Below, piece by piece: positions 12,943-26,700 of a DNA stretch of 64,000 nt. Location of the stretch: positions 9,451,222 to 9,515,221 of the forward strand of contig NC_134030.1 in NCBI RefSeq assembly GCF_964204645.1, given 5' to 3'. Each line of letters begins with the position of its first letter. The stretch's first letter is position 1. The notes under the pieces were generated by a model. The model did no database searches. It was not told the origin of the DNA and was given only the letters and a program-made list of their open reading frames with translations. Both the position numbers and the translations under genes were made by a program. The DNA comes from Tubulanus polymorphus (taxonomy: Eukaryota; Animalia; Nemertea).

Positions 12943-15900
12943 ATGGTGCGTCTAACATACGCGTTAAGTTTCCTTGTTGCAGTTTACGCGTTAGATTCAT
13001 TTATGTTGCCTTCAGAGGGTAAGTAATGACTATTCTAAATCTATTTTTTCCAAAAGTTTGAAATTTAACATCATAACAATAACAATGACAAATATGTGAT
13101 TTCATACGGACACTAATGAATTGTGCAACATTTATAGTAGTAAAACGAAGATCTGTATTCAATTGTCTCTAGATTTTAGAAATGGTGTCTAAAAATGAAA
13201 ACGATCATTTTTATTAAGATACGGTGATAGATCTTGGTGTTTTAGGTACTTGTTTCGGGCAGAGTTGCACAGGCTGGTCGTGCCATTGCACTAAATCTCG
13301 ATATGGCAGGCGCTTGCAGAAATTCTGTCCATTGAAGTCCGCAGATGAAGGCTCTCTTACGTGTCCACCATCGGCACCGTACTGCGAACCGATTTATAAG
13401 CGTCAGCTGGACCGGCAATGGAAAGGACCCGGCTGTCAGATCGGTAATGCAAAAAATAGAACTGAAAACATTAAGAGTAATATGAAAATAGTTGATTCTC
13501 ATTTTGTTGAGATGTATGTAAGTTCCCCCTCTCACAAGAGGGTTATTTTCTATCACAAAATTGAACTTGTAGACAAAGTGGTGGTGCACAAATTACCTTT
13601 GGCAAAAATGTTCGGATAGTACATCTAACTGTATGCCACTCTCTACATCCAAACACAATAGACCTATGGTATTTAGTAAATATGAAATGATTTGATGCAT
13701 TTGTCCCAGAACTGATTTAGGCTGTCGATTCATCCGAATAAAAACGCATTATGAATACCCCAGTTGTGGCAGTTGTGGCCAGATTGACCCAAAATATATT
13801 AACATGGCTAATAACAGTGCCAATTACCAAAAGCGAATTTATAGCCGTCTGATTCTTTTTTAGGAATCATGCCTGGGTTTTCCTAATCGTAATGATAGTA
13901 ATGATAATAATGGTCATTTATATAGCGCAGATATCCTAACAAGAGTCAGAATTGTACTGGCTAATGGTTTTGATTTGGGTTTCAAACATTTTCGTATTTT
14001 CTCAAGTGAGCGCATATCGTTAAAACATAACGACTACCGAATATGAATCAAGATATAAACATAAAATATAAACATAATATAAAAGCATAATTTTCTTCGA
14101 ACGAATTGATTTTCAAATTTGGTTTCACAGCATATTGCATTAATTCATTGCGATAATTTCAATGTCGTTCAGGTAACATAGCTGAATCGAAGGAAGTTAG
14201 AATGTCTTCCGGGCGGAGCCATGACGATGCAAGTCAATGCGTCGATGGCACTACATCTGATTATTGTGAAACGCTCAAAGAACGAAATCCATGGCTGATA
14301 GTCGATCTCGGTTCTAGATACGTGGTACACGAGGTCATCGTATGGTATCGGACGTATACGGCGTACACTGGGTATTGCTCAATTAAAAAGAGTAAGCATC
14401 AACCGAAAGTCGGGGTTATATTTCCGCATTGGAGACTCTCCAGTCCATCGATTCTTACAGTATTCTTTGACAGGTTTAAGAACCCACTTATTTTTTTCAG
14501 GAAAGCTGAGGTGGAGAGTCGTACAGAGTCGAGTCGGTGACAGCAACAACCTGACTAATCCATTATGCGCCAATTACACAGATGTAAAATACGAGTGCGG
14601 TAACCATGTGTCTAAACGTTGCAACGAGGCGTTGGTAGGGCGGTATGTTTCCGTGCAAGTAATCGATTTTCAAAGATTAAAACTCACCGAAGTGCAAGTT
14701 ATCGGGTTTAAGTATATAGGTAACTGAGATCACCGCGTAAATCACAGCAAAACTGCTACAAAACATAAATATTACTAAATTACAAATATCATATAATCAT
14801 CAAATATGGTTTCCTTAAGACGTCTGTTCGTATAGATCAATTCAAATAATATTCAATGTCCGCATTTTCAGACCCGACTCAGTGCACGTATCCAGGCTCG
14901 TTCGGCTGTATGGCTGAAGCTCAGTGCAATCTCAATGTCCCCAATAGAGTCGACTATTTGACCGGGTACTGTCATAATGGTTGTAATGCGAATTATATCG
15001 GCCAATACTGCGATAAAGGTTGGTCTTGTAATTACAAGAATTCGTATTTTAGGTGAAAATAGCTGTGCACCGGGTTAACTACAACAAGCAGTTTCGTTCC
15101 TTGACATCGATCTTTGAATCCCTACATTGTTCAAAAAATGAATCCACCAGTAAAACAAATTAAATTATCGGTATATTTTACAGAATTCAAATTGACGTAT
15201 ACAATGAAATTGGTAAGCCAGATTCATAGCGTCAACGTCACGATATCGAATCCACGAGTACCGAATGGCAATATGGATTCGGGTAAAGGTTCTATACGAG
15301 TGGGATATCACATCCTTTACAGAAAAGTCGGCGATAAAGACTGGATCGTCGGAGCTACTGAACCACCAGCAAAACCGGGTGCCAGTATATACGTCATAGC
15401 ATCGAAGCGAGATATAGTTATTTCGGGTCTTACTGCAAACACCCAGTATGAATTCACGGCCACGGCCTGGAAAATCGACGCTGATTTGAGCTCGACCTTG
15501 ACTGAAGATACTCGGAAATCATATGTGTACACATTGTGCCACGGTAATTCCCATTTTACTATCAACGCGTATTTTGGAAAAATCAACGCACTATCGACTC
15601 GTTTTTTTATGATTCATATAGAGCCACTAGTTGGTCCGGATGTTGCCAGCTTGAAACAACAGCGAGTTGCTGATTCACCGATGTATAATGTTTACGTGAG
15701 ACACGAGGTAAATACAAATCACAATTTCAAAATAAAGCTGCAAAGCAGCGATAACGGGTTTCTGCCTTGCTAGATTAAATGTCGTTTCTACGAAGGTTGC
15801 AAAATATTTCACTGAAATCAGTTCATTACGTACCGCTATTTTGAAGGAGCACCACCTAGGGGTCAGCATATATCATGGATACGTTGACCCACATGGCTAC

Positions 15901-18900
15901 TAAGCGCATAGTACTCATGTACCAAGTTTAGGGAAAATAACTTCGAGAATAACGAAGATAAGGTGTTCTTACCATTCCCTAGTGACAGTTGTATGAACTT
16001 ATTTAGCTGGTAAGCATACTATACATATGTAGATGTACTCACACTAGGTTTTGTGATATCTATAATAAAATGGTTGAGTAACACTCGAAAAACGAATGCT
16101 AGAATGAGTTTTCAAAATTTACGCCCCCTAGTGGCTAGAATAGGAACTATGTAAGGGGTTCGTTATCTTATACCCAGGTAGTTGTGTATCAATTTTCACA
16201 GAAATCCATTAATTCGTGTAGTAGATATCAATGAAAATGCATTTCCAGCCGCTCGTAGGTGGCGCTGCTATAGAACCATATGAGTTACATAGTTATACCA
16301 TACATAAATACAAGCGTCTTGTCCAGGGCTACTGACCGCTCGATGGAACCACAATTCTATCTGCAACGGTCAAGGAGCTATGAGCAAAAATCTCATTTAA
16401 AATATTTGGGTGGCCATTTTCGGGCCCCTAGAGCCCAAACGGTTAATCGCAGATATGGCGTGCCATTGACTTATTTAACCTCCGGGCTGTTTTTCCGACA
16501 TAGTAGTTTTACGATGTCAGAATTTTCGAAAGTAAAACACCCCCTGGTGGGGATCGGAGTCCCCAATCAAAGATCCCTTAGACTAACCTCAAGGTACCTG
16601 AATTACGTATATCTCACGTAAGTCAAGTAAATCCATTGAGGAATATTCTTGTTACTACCCTAGCAGAGTGATTCATATAGGACGCCTGTTCTTGTGTGTA
16701 CAGATACGGCAAGGCTAGAAATCATTCTGTTCTATCATGGACTCTAAAACGAAGAGTTCATGGTTCTATTCCCTCGAGAATGACCTCATTCACTACCGAT
16801 TTAACTGTCATCCACAACTGAGCCACACAGTTTGTCAGTACACGTATTCTTTGCGACATACCTGTCGCTGTTTAGACCCAGTAATTACACGGGAATTATT
16901 CATAATAAATTACTATACGCAAATTCGAAACGGTTAGACGCTAAGTTATATTTCTGTCGGAATTGAAAATTATGTTTATAAGCTGTTAGTGGTCGAGTCT
17001 GAGAGGAGTTACATTTTATGAAAGAATTTTGGCTGGAAAGTGGAAAAGAAATAATAATAATAATCAACAGAATTATAAGAGGGTTTCTGTGAAAGCAGCA
17101 GAATTCCTAATAAGATATCCATCCTTAAAAGCTACACCTTAATCGACTAACCCCAATTCTAATTCGTTAATGATGGCACTTTTAGAGGACAACGAACACT
17201 TTATCTGGTATTTTGAGCATACAATGACTATTTGTACGATCTTTCTTTTTAGCCGCTCGCTCGAGATCAGCGACGATGCGACGCACCGGGCACGATTTAC
17301 AGAATTTTCATACAATCAACGACAAATGATACGTGGATGAATATCGGCCAGAGTTACAATATCCCTGGCCTGAGACCTTTGACGAAATATCGACTGAAAA
17401 TCGGGATAAAACATAAAGGAAATGCTAACTTTGTCTTCGGCAAGATTCACGAATTCTTGACGGGATCAGCAGGTGTTGTTTTTTTCTTCAAATGAAAAAT
17501 TCAGTCGAATATAAGTTCGATCAGTTCGATGATAGAAAGTTGTTCATTGTCAAACAGTACACTTGTAATTTAGAATTGATACGACATTATTATTTTATCT
17601 CAAACCACGTTTACGACGCTGATGCAGTTACCCATTTGACGGCGAAAAATACATCATTCGGTCTGAACGTTACCTGGAAGACTCCCTTTCAACTTCGACA
17701 TCTACAATTCAACTTCACTGGAGAGTATCGATTGATCAGTCAACTAGCGTGTCCGAAGCAGAAGCCGAGTCAGAAAACAAAAGGATGTCCATTCCCAACG
17801 GATATTAACGAATTAGAACTAGTCGAACTGAGGAGCTACGCCAATTACGAGGTGACAATTACTCCTGTTTCGCTGAACGACGAATCTAATATGGAACGAG
17901 AATCAGTTGCATTTAACGTAACCACAAAACAGTCAGGTAACCGCGCTCGCGTTCGATCTCAATCAGCATATTATACTTCAAACATTTCTCACGGCTTCAT
18001 ACTTCTTTCCAGCACCTGTTGGTACCCCTAGACCAGCTGAGGTACGCCCACAAGATGTGAGCTTATCGACGATCAAGGAGACAACTTGGGCATCTGTCCG
18101 TTTCTACGAATTATCGTGCGAGTCGAGAAAAGGAAATTTCACCGGTTTCCACTATAAACTATACGAGAAAAACTCCGGTGAATTAGTACAGGAAAATGTT
18201 ACGATGGACTATGAATATGTCTATATCGACGGCTTGAAACCGTTTACGACGTATTTGCTTAGCTACACTTGGACGAACGAAGCCGGTGAAAGTCAACGAT
18301 CTAATAGCACCGAATTCAAAACAGATGAAACTAGTAAGTCAAATATAGTATTCAGGAGATATAATGCATTACCATTTGCCGACTATATGCCTTCCCATTT
18401 AGTCCAGTGATATACCGTTTTCATGAGCAAAAAACGCAGAAGATGGAGAAGTAACTGAGGCTATCTTAAATAAAATCTTTGGCAGAAAAATGTCAATGCT
18501 CATCTTGACGAGATCCCTGCTCGATTTTTAGAAACATCGCATAACAAATGTTTTATGTGTACTATTTTCAGCTTTATTGGAAGTACAGATGAAAATAAAC
18601 CCCGTTGATCGTAATGAGGACAATTTGGACTTCACCGTCGATTTTACGTTCGACCAAATCCGCGGAGAAGTTCTGAACTATGCCTTACAGTGCGGAGAGA
18701 CGACCGGTGAAGGCGTCAAACCGAAAAGACCCAGTCGTTCATATTGGAATATTAATGTATCTTCAGAGCATTTACCTTTCAATGTTTACAACTTGAAGCC
18801 CGCGACGTGGTACGGATGTAGGGTAAGTTAGTCAGGGTAGTTTAGTTTCTTAGCTGCTAGCTCGTTGTATCGGAAGAGGTCAGATATTGTTGTTATTACG

Positions 18901-19073
18901 ATGCTTTTGTAATGTTTCATGTAATTGATACTTACCTTAAAGTTTAAACATCTATGCTGTATACAGCATCTACTGTATTCAAAAAATATCTATATTTCTT
19001 CTAGGGAAGTGCTTTGAGTAAGAAAGGCTGGGGTCCATCCACTGCTTACGTCTACGTCTTGACAGATGGTTGA
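12943..19073 (+). CDS. Array copy 2: secreted EGF-like/FTP/EGF-like/5xFN3 protein, 12 exons, ~824 aa
   Basis: Exons 12943-13018 (MVRLTYALSFLVAVYALDSFMLPSE), 13246-13443, 14173-14391, 14501-14719, 14872-15018, 15184-15543, 15622-15707, 17253-17472, 17628-17936, 18013-18333, 18572-18822, 19005-19073 (TGA). Total 2475 nt. Same intron positions and phases as copy 1. Confidence 0.88.
15731..17113. mobile_element. ~1.38-kb non-autonomous insertion in intron 7 of copy 2, Helentron/HINE-like
   Basis: Absent from the paralogous introns (copy 4 empty site reads cacaattcaaaat-gagacatc). AATAA at both junctions. gggtttctg near both ends. An (aat)n tract then a 3' stem-loop gggtttctg..cagaattcc. Confidence 0.55.
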
Positions 19074-19230
19074 ATCACACCCAGAGCCACACGTGGAAAA
19101 TGGAGTAATGGCATACAGATCTGTATCTCAACTTACATTGGAATACTGACGAGAATGAAAATTCATATGTAAAATTCTGACTGTATGAATGCGTTATTTT
19201 CTTTTCCAATAGATATCATAATGATATGAT

Positions 19231-19325
19231 ATACATACACATATGCATATACATAGACATATGTATATCCAATACATATGCATGTGCATGTGCATGTACA
19301 TGTACATGTACATATACATATACAT
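19231..19325. repeat. Degenerate (TACA/TGCA/TGTACA) microsatellite downstream of copy 2
   Basis: atacatacacatatgcatatac...catgtgcatgtgcatgtacatgtacatgtacatatacatatacat. Confidence 0.7.
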
Positions 19326-20014
19326 CTTTTAGACAAGTAACTCATAGAAATTGAATAATTAATCAAGTGTTTTCCAAAACATTGCACTGTAATTCGCTAC
19401 TTCTTAATACATCTGAAAACGAATAAAAGTTGTAATCAGGACTCATTTGTTCGAAGATGATTTGTTTTTCGTATGCCATCACTCTTCGCGTATAGCTTTC
19501 TTGACCCTTATTCCTGAACTAGAAATTTAATAGGATGTACGTGGCTCACTGTCTTCCTTGCACACTGCGTACAGAAAAGGACTTTTTAACGTTTTTCGAA
19601 TAATTGTCTTTAATGAGCATCAATCAGCTGATGGGCGCTTGACCTTATCCTCTATCATCTTGTGTCGGCTTATTTTCTGTTGCGAACAAGTATATTCTTC
19701 AGTGTCGACAGTTTTGACGGATGACATGTATTCAGAATGCCCGACTAAGTGACCGATTGTGTTAGAATTATTTTCAGGCAAATTTTCTTCCACGTGTTGC
19801 CGCATAACTGAAATTCTATACTTTGTACCACTAGAAAATTTATCAAATTCATATTCAAATAGTGAATTTCCACAAACGTCCAATTTAAGCTGATATAAGC
19901 TGAGTTTATCTAATCCAGCGTTGACGATAAGAGGTCATAATATGTCTGTTGTAACATCCAATCATTTCCACACATTGCCCATTGATTTTACGATTACTTT
20001 CGAAAACATTTTGC

Positions 20015-20974
20015 ATGGCAGAGGCGACAATGAATTCTACTGATGCGCGGATTAGCCGACCGTACTACTCCATTCTCCTCATGTCCGTGGAAAATAAATC
20101 AGGAGGTTACCGTACGCTGTCATACACTATTCTGTCAATTGAATTCATTTTGGGTGCTATTGGAAATTCGGCTACTTTCTTCATAATGATTAGCCACAGA
20201 TTCCGGGGTTTATCGTACGCTAACTATCTAATCGTTTTGTCGCTGAGCGATTTGTACGTTTGCGTCAGTTACACGTTGATGCCCATGGTACAGTTCATTC
20301 TCATTCACATGCGCAGTGGTCCAAGATTCATCATGAACTCTCTGATAAGTTGTCAAATCAACCAATTCATGAATCATTATGCCGGTGCTTGTAGTTCGTG
20401 GTTGATAGTAGCTATATCTCTGGAACGCGTGGCAGTCGTGCTCTTCCCGTTCACTTCACGTTTGGTTTGCACACCTAGATTCGCAATATGCGTCATTGTC
20501 TTCATTTGCACAAATAACGTCGCTATAAGCGTTGTTTCTTCTTTGAATACATATTTTACCGATCACTTGTTGTGTTATCAGTATCATAATTTTCAAGTGA
20601 CATTTGCTCGAACATACGTCGTCCTAATCTATTTTCTACCTTTAGCACTCATCGTTACGGCCAACTCCATCATTATCGGTGTATTATTCAGGCGTTCTGA
20701 ATTGACCTCGACTGATAGGAAATCCGTAAGGTCTAAACGAACGACATTAATGCTCGTAACGGTTGCCCTCGCGTATGCCGCGTTAACGCTACCGTCCTGT
20801 ATCACCGCGGTCTTACCAATCGTCGTATCGCTGAAAGAGCTGATTTTCGACATACTCAGTCAGTTACAATCGTGTAACTACGTCATCAACTTTTACATAT
20901 ACCTTTTAATGGGACGAGAAATTCGAGAATATTTCTTCGCAAAACTTGCGTGCAAATACGTACGTAGCAAATAG
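20015..20974 (+). CDS. Intronless rhodopsin-class GPCR (peptide-receptor-like orphan), ~319 aa
   Basis: First ATG at 20015 (the ORF track starts at TTG 19982). N-terminal NST sequon. TM1 GAIGNS, TM2 YLIVLSLSD, TM3 Cys plus ISLERVAVVLFPF, ECL2 Cys, TM5 FLP, TM6 LTLP, TM7 INFYIYL. Confidence 0.9.
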   Translation: MAEATMNSTDARISRPYYSILLMSVENKSGGYRTLSYTILSIEFILGAIGNSATFFIMISHRFRGLSYANYLIVLSLSDLYVCVSYTLMPMVQFILIHMRSGPRFIMNSLISCQINQFMNHYAGACSSWLIVAISLERVAVVLFPFTSRLVCTPRFAICVIVFICTNNVAISVVSSLNTYFTDHLLCYQYHNFQVTFARTYVVLIYFLPLALIVTANSIIIGVLFRRSELTSTDRKSVRSKRTTLMLVTVALAYAALTLPSCITAVLPIVVSLKELIFDILSQLQSCNYVINFYIYLLMGREIREYFFAKLACKYVRSK

Positions 20975-21983
20975 TAGGATATGAATGTAATTGTTCCCGA
21001 CGCTTATCATTAGGTCCGATTATGAGTATGCCTTCTCAACATACCAATGACTAGGCCGTATTCCAATAAATATATAACTCTATGAAAATCTGAGGTGTTT
21101 AAGCAACAAATCTAGTTATTGACATTAGTTTCTTTTCACTTGGTACTATGATTGCAAGATTGCAATCGGATGCCCGCATCGCTTCCGTTAGTATTATGCC
21201 TTCCACCTTTGTCTGAATGCTAAGCAAGATTCAAATAAATTCACTGTTGTAAAATCTAGCAAATTGATTCAAATACATGTAAATTAACTGTTGTCAAACT
21301 GAGCAAATCATGAGAAAATAATTGTAAGTAAGTAGTTGTTGATGTATTTATTGCAGACAATCGATTCAATCTGATGGAACAAGTTTTTTCAAGTAACAAA
21401 TCTTTGTCTGGTTATTAACGTAAGTTGTCAATTCATGATTGTGACTTTCTATTTCAACATAAACGTGTTGGGGATAAAATGAACAGTTAAGGTCCAGGAC
21501 GGATGTCAGTTTGCATAAGAAACATTATATGATAATGTCAGTATCTCTAGAAACATGTGCCAAATAAATCTAATATGTTCAGGAAAAATACTATCGTTTC
21601 TAGTGAAAATTACTTTCATTTTGGGGATGTTGGTATTTTTCTCTGTTATCTAAATCTAGCTTCTAGATGTTGGCCCCCCTCCCCTAATCAGGGAACAAAA
21701 ACAAGAAAGATCCTTCGTGCGCAGATATTTCTGGACGGGGTAGTGAAGTCAGCTGAATGCTCTATGGCAATCGATGATACTTCCGCTTCCAGGCAACCCA
21801 GAATCAGTACTACCGATGCGAACTCTGGAAAAGATATATTTATGCTCTATTCAGTACAACGGGCAGGCCATTTAGAATCAGTACCAATGGATTGACGTTC
21901 GCCTGGGCATTAGATAAACCATTCCACGAAGATACTTTGTTCATCGCAACCAGTGATTGTCCGGCTCATCCAAGAAATACAAC

Positions 21984-22554
21984 ATGGTACGTCATACACG
22001 TTTAGTTTCCTTGTTGCAGTATACGCGTTAAATTCATTTATGTTGCCACCATCTGAAGGTACGTAATTTGTATTCTAAACCTAACGGAATACCCGTGATT
22101 CATATAAATGAAATGATTTATGATGGTGCAGTGCAAACTCTCGTCTACGTTCCTTTTAAGTTTTCTTGAAATGATAATACATTTCTAAAAAAAATGAATA
22201 CGTTCATTCAGGGAAGTTCTGAACTATGCCTTACAGTGCGGAGAGACGACCGGTGACGGCGTCAAACTGAAAAGACCTAGTCGTTCATATTGGAGTATCG
22301 ATAAAGATCCGAATAATTTACCTTTCAAAGTTTACAATTTGAATCCCGCGACGTGGTACGGATGTAGGGTAAGTACATTCTAGCGCCCGTAACCTTATTT
22401 CAAATTAACTCGTCGCATCGGGAAGAGCTTTGTCTACACATTTACGCTTTTTCAGCATTTACCGTACACATACATATTCTTTTAGGGAAGTGCTTTGAGT
22501 AAGAAAGTTTAGGGTCCCAAAACCTGTTATATTTACGTCTTGACAGTTGGTTGA
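21984..22554 (+). pseudogene. Internally deleted pseudogene of the array (exon 1, intron 1, 3' part of exon 11, exon 12)
   Basis: Exon 1 at 21984-22058 has a 4-nt deletion (CTAA) relative to copies 2 and 3, causing a frameshift and early TAA. Intron 1 is fused to mid-exon 11 at cattcagggaa|gttctgaac (~22213-22216). Exon 12 (22486-22554) has TGG>TAG at 22510-22512. The upstream region 21770-21980 matches the copy 3 upstream region. Confidence 0.9.
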
Positions 22555-23781
22555 ATCTCACTCAGAGCCACAAGTGGACATAGAAGAAATGGCATACGGA
22601 TCTCAACCTTGGAATACTGACAATAATAATATGTAACACTCTGTATTATAGAACGTATAAACACTCAATTTTCTTTATTAACAAATGTTATAATGATATG
22701 ATATACTTATACAGCCCTTAATCAAGTAACTTATCCTAATCTAGTAATTAATCAAAAGTTGCCCAAAAGACTCCACTGCAATACGCTAAGTGTTGATATG
22801 GCTAAAATCGACAAAAGTTGTATTCAGAGCCTAAAAGTTCATTTCAGGAGGATCTTAAATAAACTAGTTAGTTTAGGTTTAGTAGGTGCTGAAATCATCT
22901 ATATTGCACCATTTAATGTCAGTAGATCTCTTTGAAATTGAACCGATTTTGAACGTTCGTCATACTTAATTTTTAAGTGTCAAATGAATGTTTTCTTCCA
23001 TCGTATCAATCGCAATTTTCTGACACGATTTTTCAAAAAGACTTTAAGAAACACCTTTTAGATATTCGTTCCAATAGTTTGTGTTATTATGTGATTTTTT
23101 GAGCCCGCCAGAACCGTTCCAGCGCTTTTATTACATTGGCAACTACTAGGGTACTGTGTTAGTCGATGTGCTGCACTACGGCATCAATAATGGCTTATCA
23201 AAATAATAATCGTATCAAAATAATAATTACAATTGTTTATTTTGGCGTTTTTGGTCTTGAAATATATATCTCATGACTTTTGTTTCGACTATCAAATAAA
23301 TATGATATTTTCTGGAAAATGCAGTTTTTTTTCTAATAAATAATTCAATATATTGCTTAATAATTTCACGATTAATTCGATTAGGTTTCAAATCCAGGTG
23401 CATTTTAAGTGTTGTTAACTTTCTTTTTGGGGATGATGGCATTTTTCTGTTCCCTTATCGTGGCTTCTAGATATTTTCCCGCTGAAACAAAAAAGAAAAA
23501 ACAAGATATTGCCATCATGTGAAGAAATTTCCAGACGTAGAAGCTAAGTATGTTGAATGCTACTGTGGCTGTCGACGATAATTCCGCTTCCAGGCCTAAC
23601 GAAATCAGTACTGCCAATACGAACCCTGGAACGGCCATATTTATCATCTATTTAGTTTAACGACCAGGTCACTCGGAATCAGTAACAATAGACTGTCATA
23701 ACATGAATCATCCCGCGAAGCTACTTCATTCATCGCAACCTAGTCGATTCAGTGATTGTCCGACTCGTCAGGAAATATAAC

Positions 23782-26700
23782 ATGGCGCGTCTAACATACG
23801 CGTTTAGTTTCCTTTTTGCAGTTGACGCGTTAAATTTATTAATGTTACCACCGACAGAAGGTACGTAACTTTTGTTCTAGATCTATTTCATGAAGTTAAT
23901 GGAATACCAATGATTCGTACTAATGAGATGATTATGATTAAGGTGCAGTGCAAAATTCACTTTTCTTTTTAGTTTCTTCTATTAAAAAAAAAAAGAAATG
24001 AAAAAGATCATTCAGGGAATATAGATCTCGGTATTTCAGGCACTTGTTTCGGGAATAGCTGCACGGGCTGGTCGTGCCATTGCACTAAATCTCAATATGG
24101 CAGGCGCTTGCAGAAATTCTGTCCATCGAAGTCCGCAGAAGAAGGCTCTCTTACGTGTCCACCATCAGCACCGTACTGCGAACCGATTTCCAATAGTGAG
24201 CTCTCCTGGCAATGGAAAGGACCCGGATGCCAGATAGGTAACGTGATAAGAACTATAATGAGAACAATTCACTATAATACAACAATAGCTAATGATATGA
24301 AAACGGTTGTAGAGGTTTTATGGCCATGTACTATCAGAACTATGGTTATCAATGAAGAACGCCCGGTTTTTACATAGCGTCGTCTGAAACTTTGTACCAG
24401 TACCCCCAACCAAGATGATTTTCTTTCTCTAACAAAAAAGAACTTAGAGAGCAAGCTGTGGTTTGTAAATTGCTTTAAGCAACATCTTTGGATATCACGT
24501 CTTGGCCACTTTCTACATTCACCTACAATATACATGTCTATGGTATTTCGTTTTGCGTTGATTTGATTCATTGTTTTAACTGATTTAGGTCATCGATATA
24601 TGTCTAGAAATATATGGAACATCGTGTATACCCCAGTTGCGCCTAGATTGGCTCGAAATCTATCGTAATTGACATGGCTGATAATAGTGCTAATCGTCAC
24701 CAAAACTGAATTAATATAGGCTGATTCTATTTTACGAATCACGACTTGATTTTCATTACGTGACGTATAATTCCATGGAACATGGTGTTATTACGAATGA
24801 AATATGAATGCATATGTTTACCTTTAAACTGGTTTTAGGGAATTTGGTAATATCTCAATAGAGCAATATTGTTCTTATTTTGGTTTTTAAGTTATCTTAT
24901 TTTCATGTAATTAAAAGCACAGAACAATTAAAAGTAAACATAGAAATATGCACTTTAATTCCTACAAGCGATTCGATTTTAAATTAGTTTTCACAGTATT
25001 TCATTCCTTCGTTGAAATCGTTTATGTCTTTTTCGTTCGTTCAGGTAACATAGCTAAATCAAAGATGGCCAGAATGTCTTCTGGCTGGAGCAGCGACGAT
25101 GCACGCAACTGCGTCGACGGCACTACATCCGATTATTGCGAAACGCGCCAACAACGAAATCCATGGCTGATAGTCGATCTCGGTTCCAGATACGTGGTAC
25201 ACGAGGTGAATTTTTGGTATTCCACGTATACTGGTTATTATTATTGTTCAACCAGTAACAGTAAGTATTTACCGCAAGTTCTGCGTTATAGTTCCGCAGT
25301 TGAGACTACCCAGTCCATCGATTCTTGCAGGTTCCTTCTATGACTGATCTAAGAACCGAGTTCATTTTTCCCCCAGGAAAGCTGAGGTGGAGATTGTTAC
25401 AGAGTCGAGTCGGTGACAGTAACAACCTGACTAATCCATTGTGCGCCAATTACACTGATGTAAAATACGAGTGCGGTAACCACGTGTCTAAACGTTGCAA
25501 CGAGGCGTTGGTAGGGCGGTATGTTTCCGTGCAAATGATGGCTTTTCAAAAATTAAAACTCGCCGAAGTGCAAGTTATCGGATTCAAATATATAGGTAAC
25601 TGTGATCGCGGCATAAATCAAAGCAAAACTGCAACAAACAATATTACTAATAACAAGCATTGTACGTCTGTTCATATAGATCGATCGTTGTTCAACTTAA
25701 AAATATCATCAAAGAATGTTTCAAATAATGTCAAATAATATTCAATGTCCACTTTTTCAGATCCGAGTCAATGCACGTTTCCAGGCTCGTTCGGTTGTAT
25801 GGCTGAAGCTCAGTGCAATCTAAAAGTCCCGAATAGAGTCGACTATTTGACCGGTTACTGTTATAATGGCTGTAACGCGAACTATATTGGCAAATACTGC
25901 GATAAAGGTTAGTCTTGTGTCATCCTACGTGTAAGGATAAGGGCGTTTCTGCTAGATCTGGACGTCCAGGTACGAATGACAGTGCACCCGTCGGTGTGAT
26001 AACTTTCAACAAAATAATGACATTTCCTTATGGTATATCTAATCATAAACATGTCTTACAGCATTCAAGTTGACGGGTAAAATGAAATTGGTTAGCCAGC
26101 TCCATAGCGTTGAAGTCACGATAATAAACCCACGAGTACCGAATGGCAATACGGATTCAGGAAAGGGTTCTATACGTGTGGGATATCGCATCCTTTACAG
26201 AAAAGCCGGCGATAAAGACTGGATCGTCGGAAGAACTGAACCACCATCAGAATCGAGTGTCAGTAATCATATCATGACTCCGATGAGAAATGAAGTTATT
26301 TCAGGTCTTGCTGCAAACACCCTGTATGAATTCATGGCCACGGCCCGGAAAATCGACGCTAATTTGAACTCGACGTTGACTGAGGATACTCTGAAATCAT
26401 GCGTGCGTACATTGTGCCACGGTAATTTCCGTTTTACTATCAACGCGTTTATTTCGATTAGTAATAGTTGAAAATTCGATGTACTCTTCTTGTTTTTATC
26501 ACGATTGATAGAGCCCCTTGTTGGTCCTGAGATTATCAGGATAAAGCAACAGCGAGAATATGCTGACTCACCGCTGTTAACCGTTAACGTAGAATACAAG
26601 GTGATTAGAATTCCAAATATGATTGCCAATTCCAAATAACACGTCCATTTTAGGAAGCTGAACCCATTACTGATTCGTTAATGTTGGTATTCTTACGTGA

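Noticed and set aside
19982-20014. N-terminal extension of GPCR2 in the ORF track
   Set aside because: It begins at TTG. The first ATG is at 20015.
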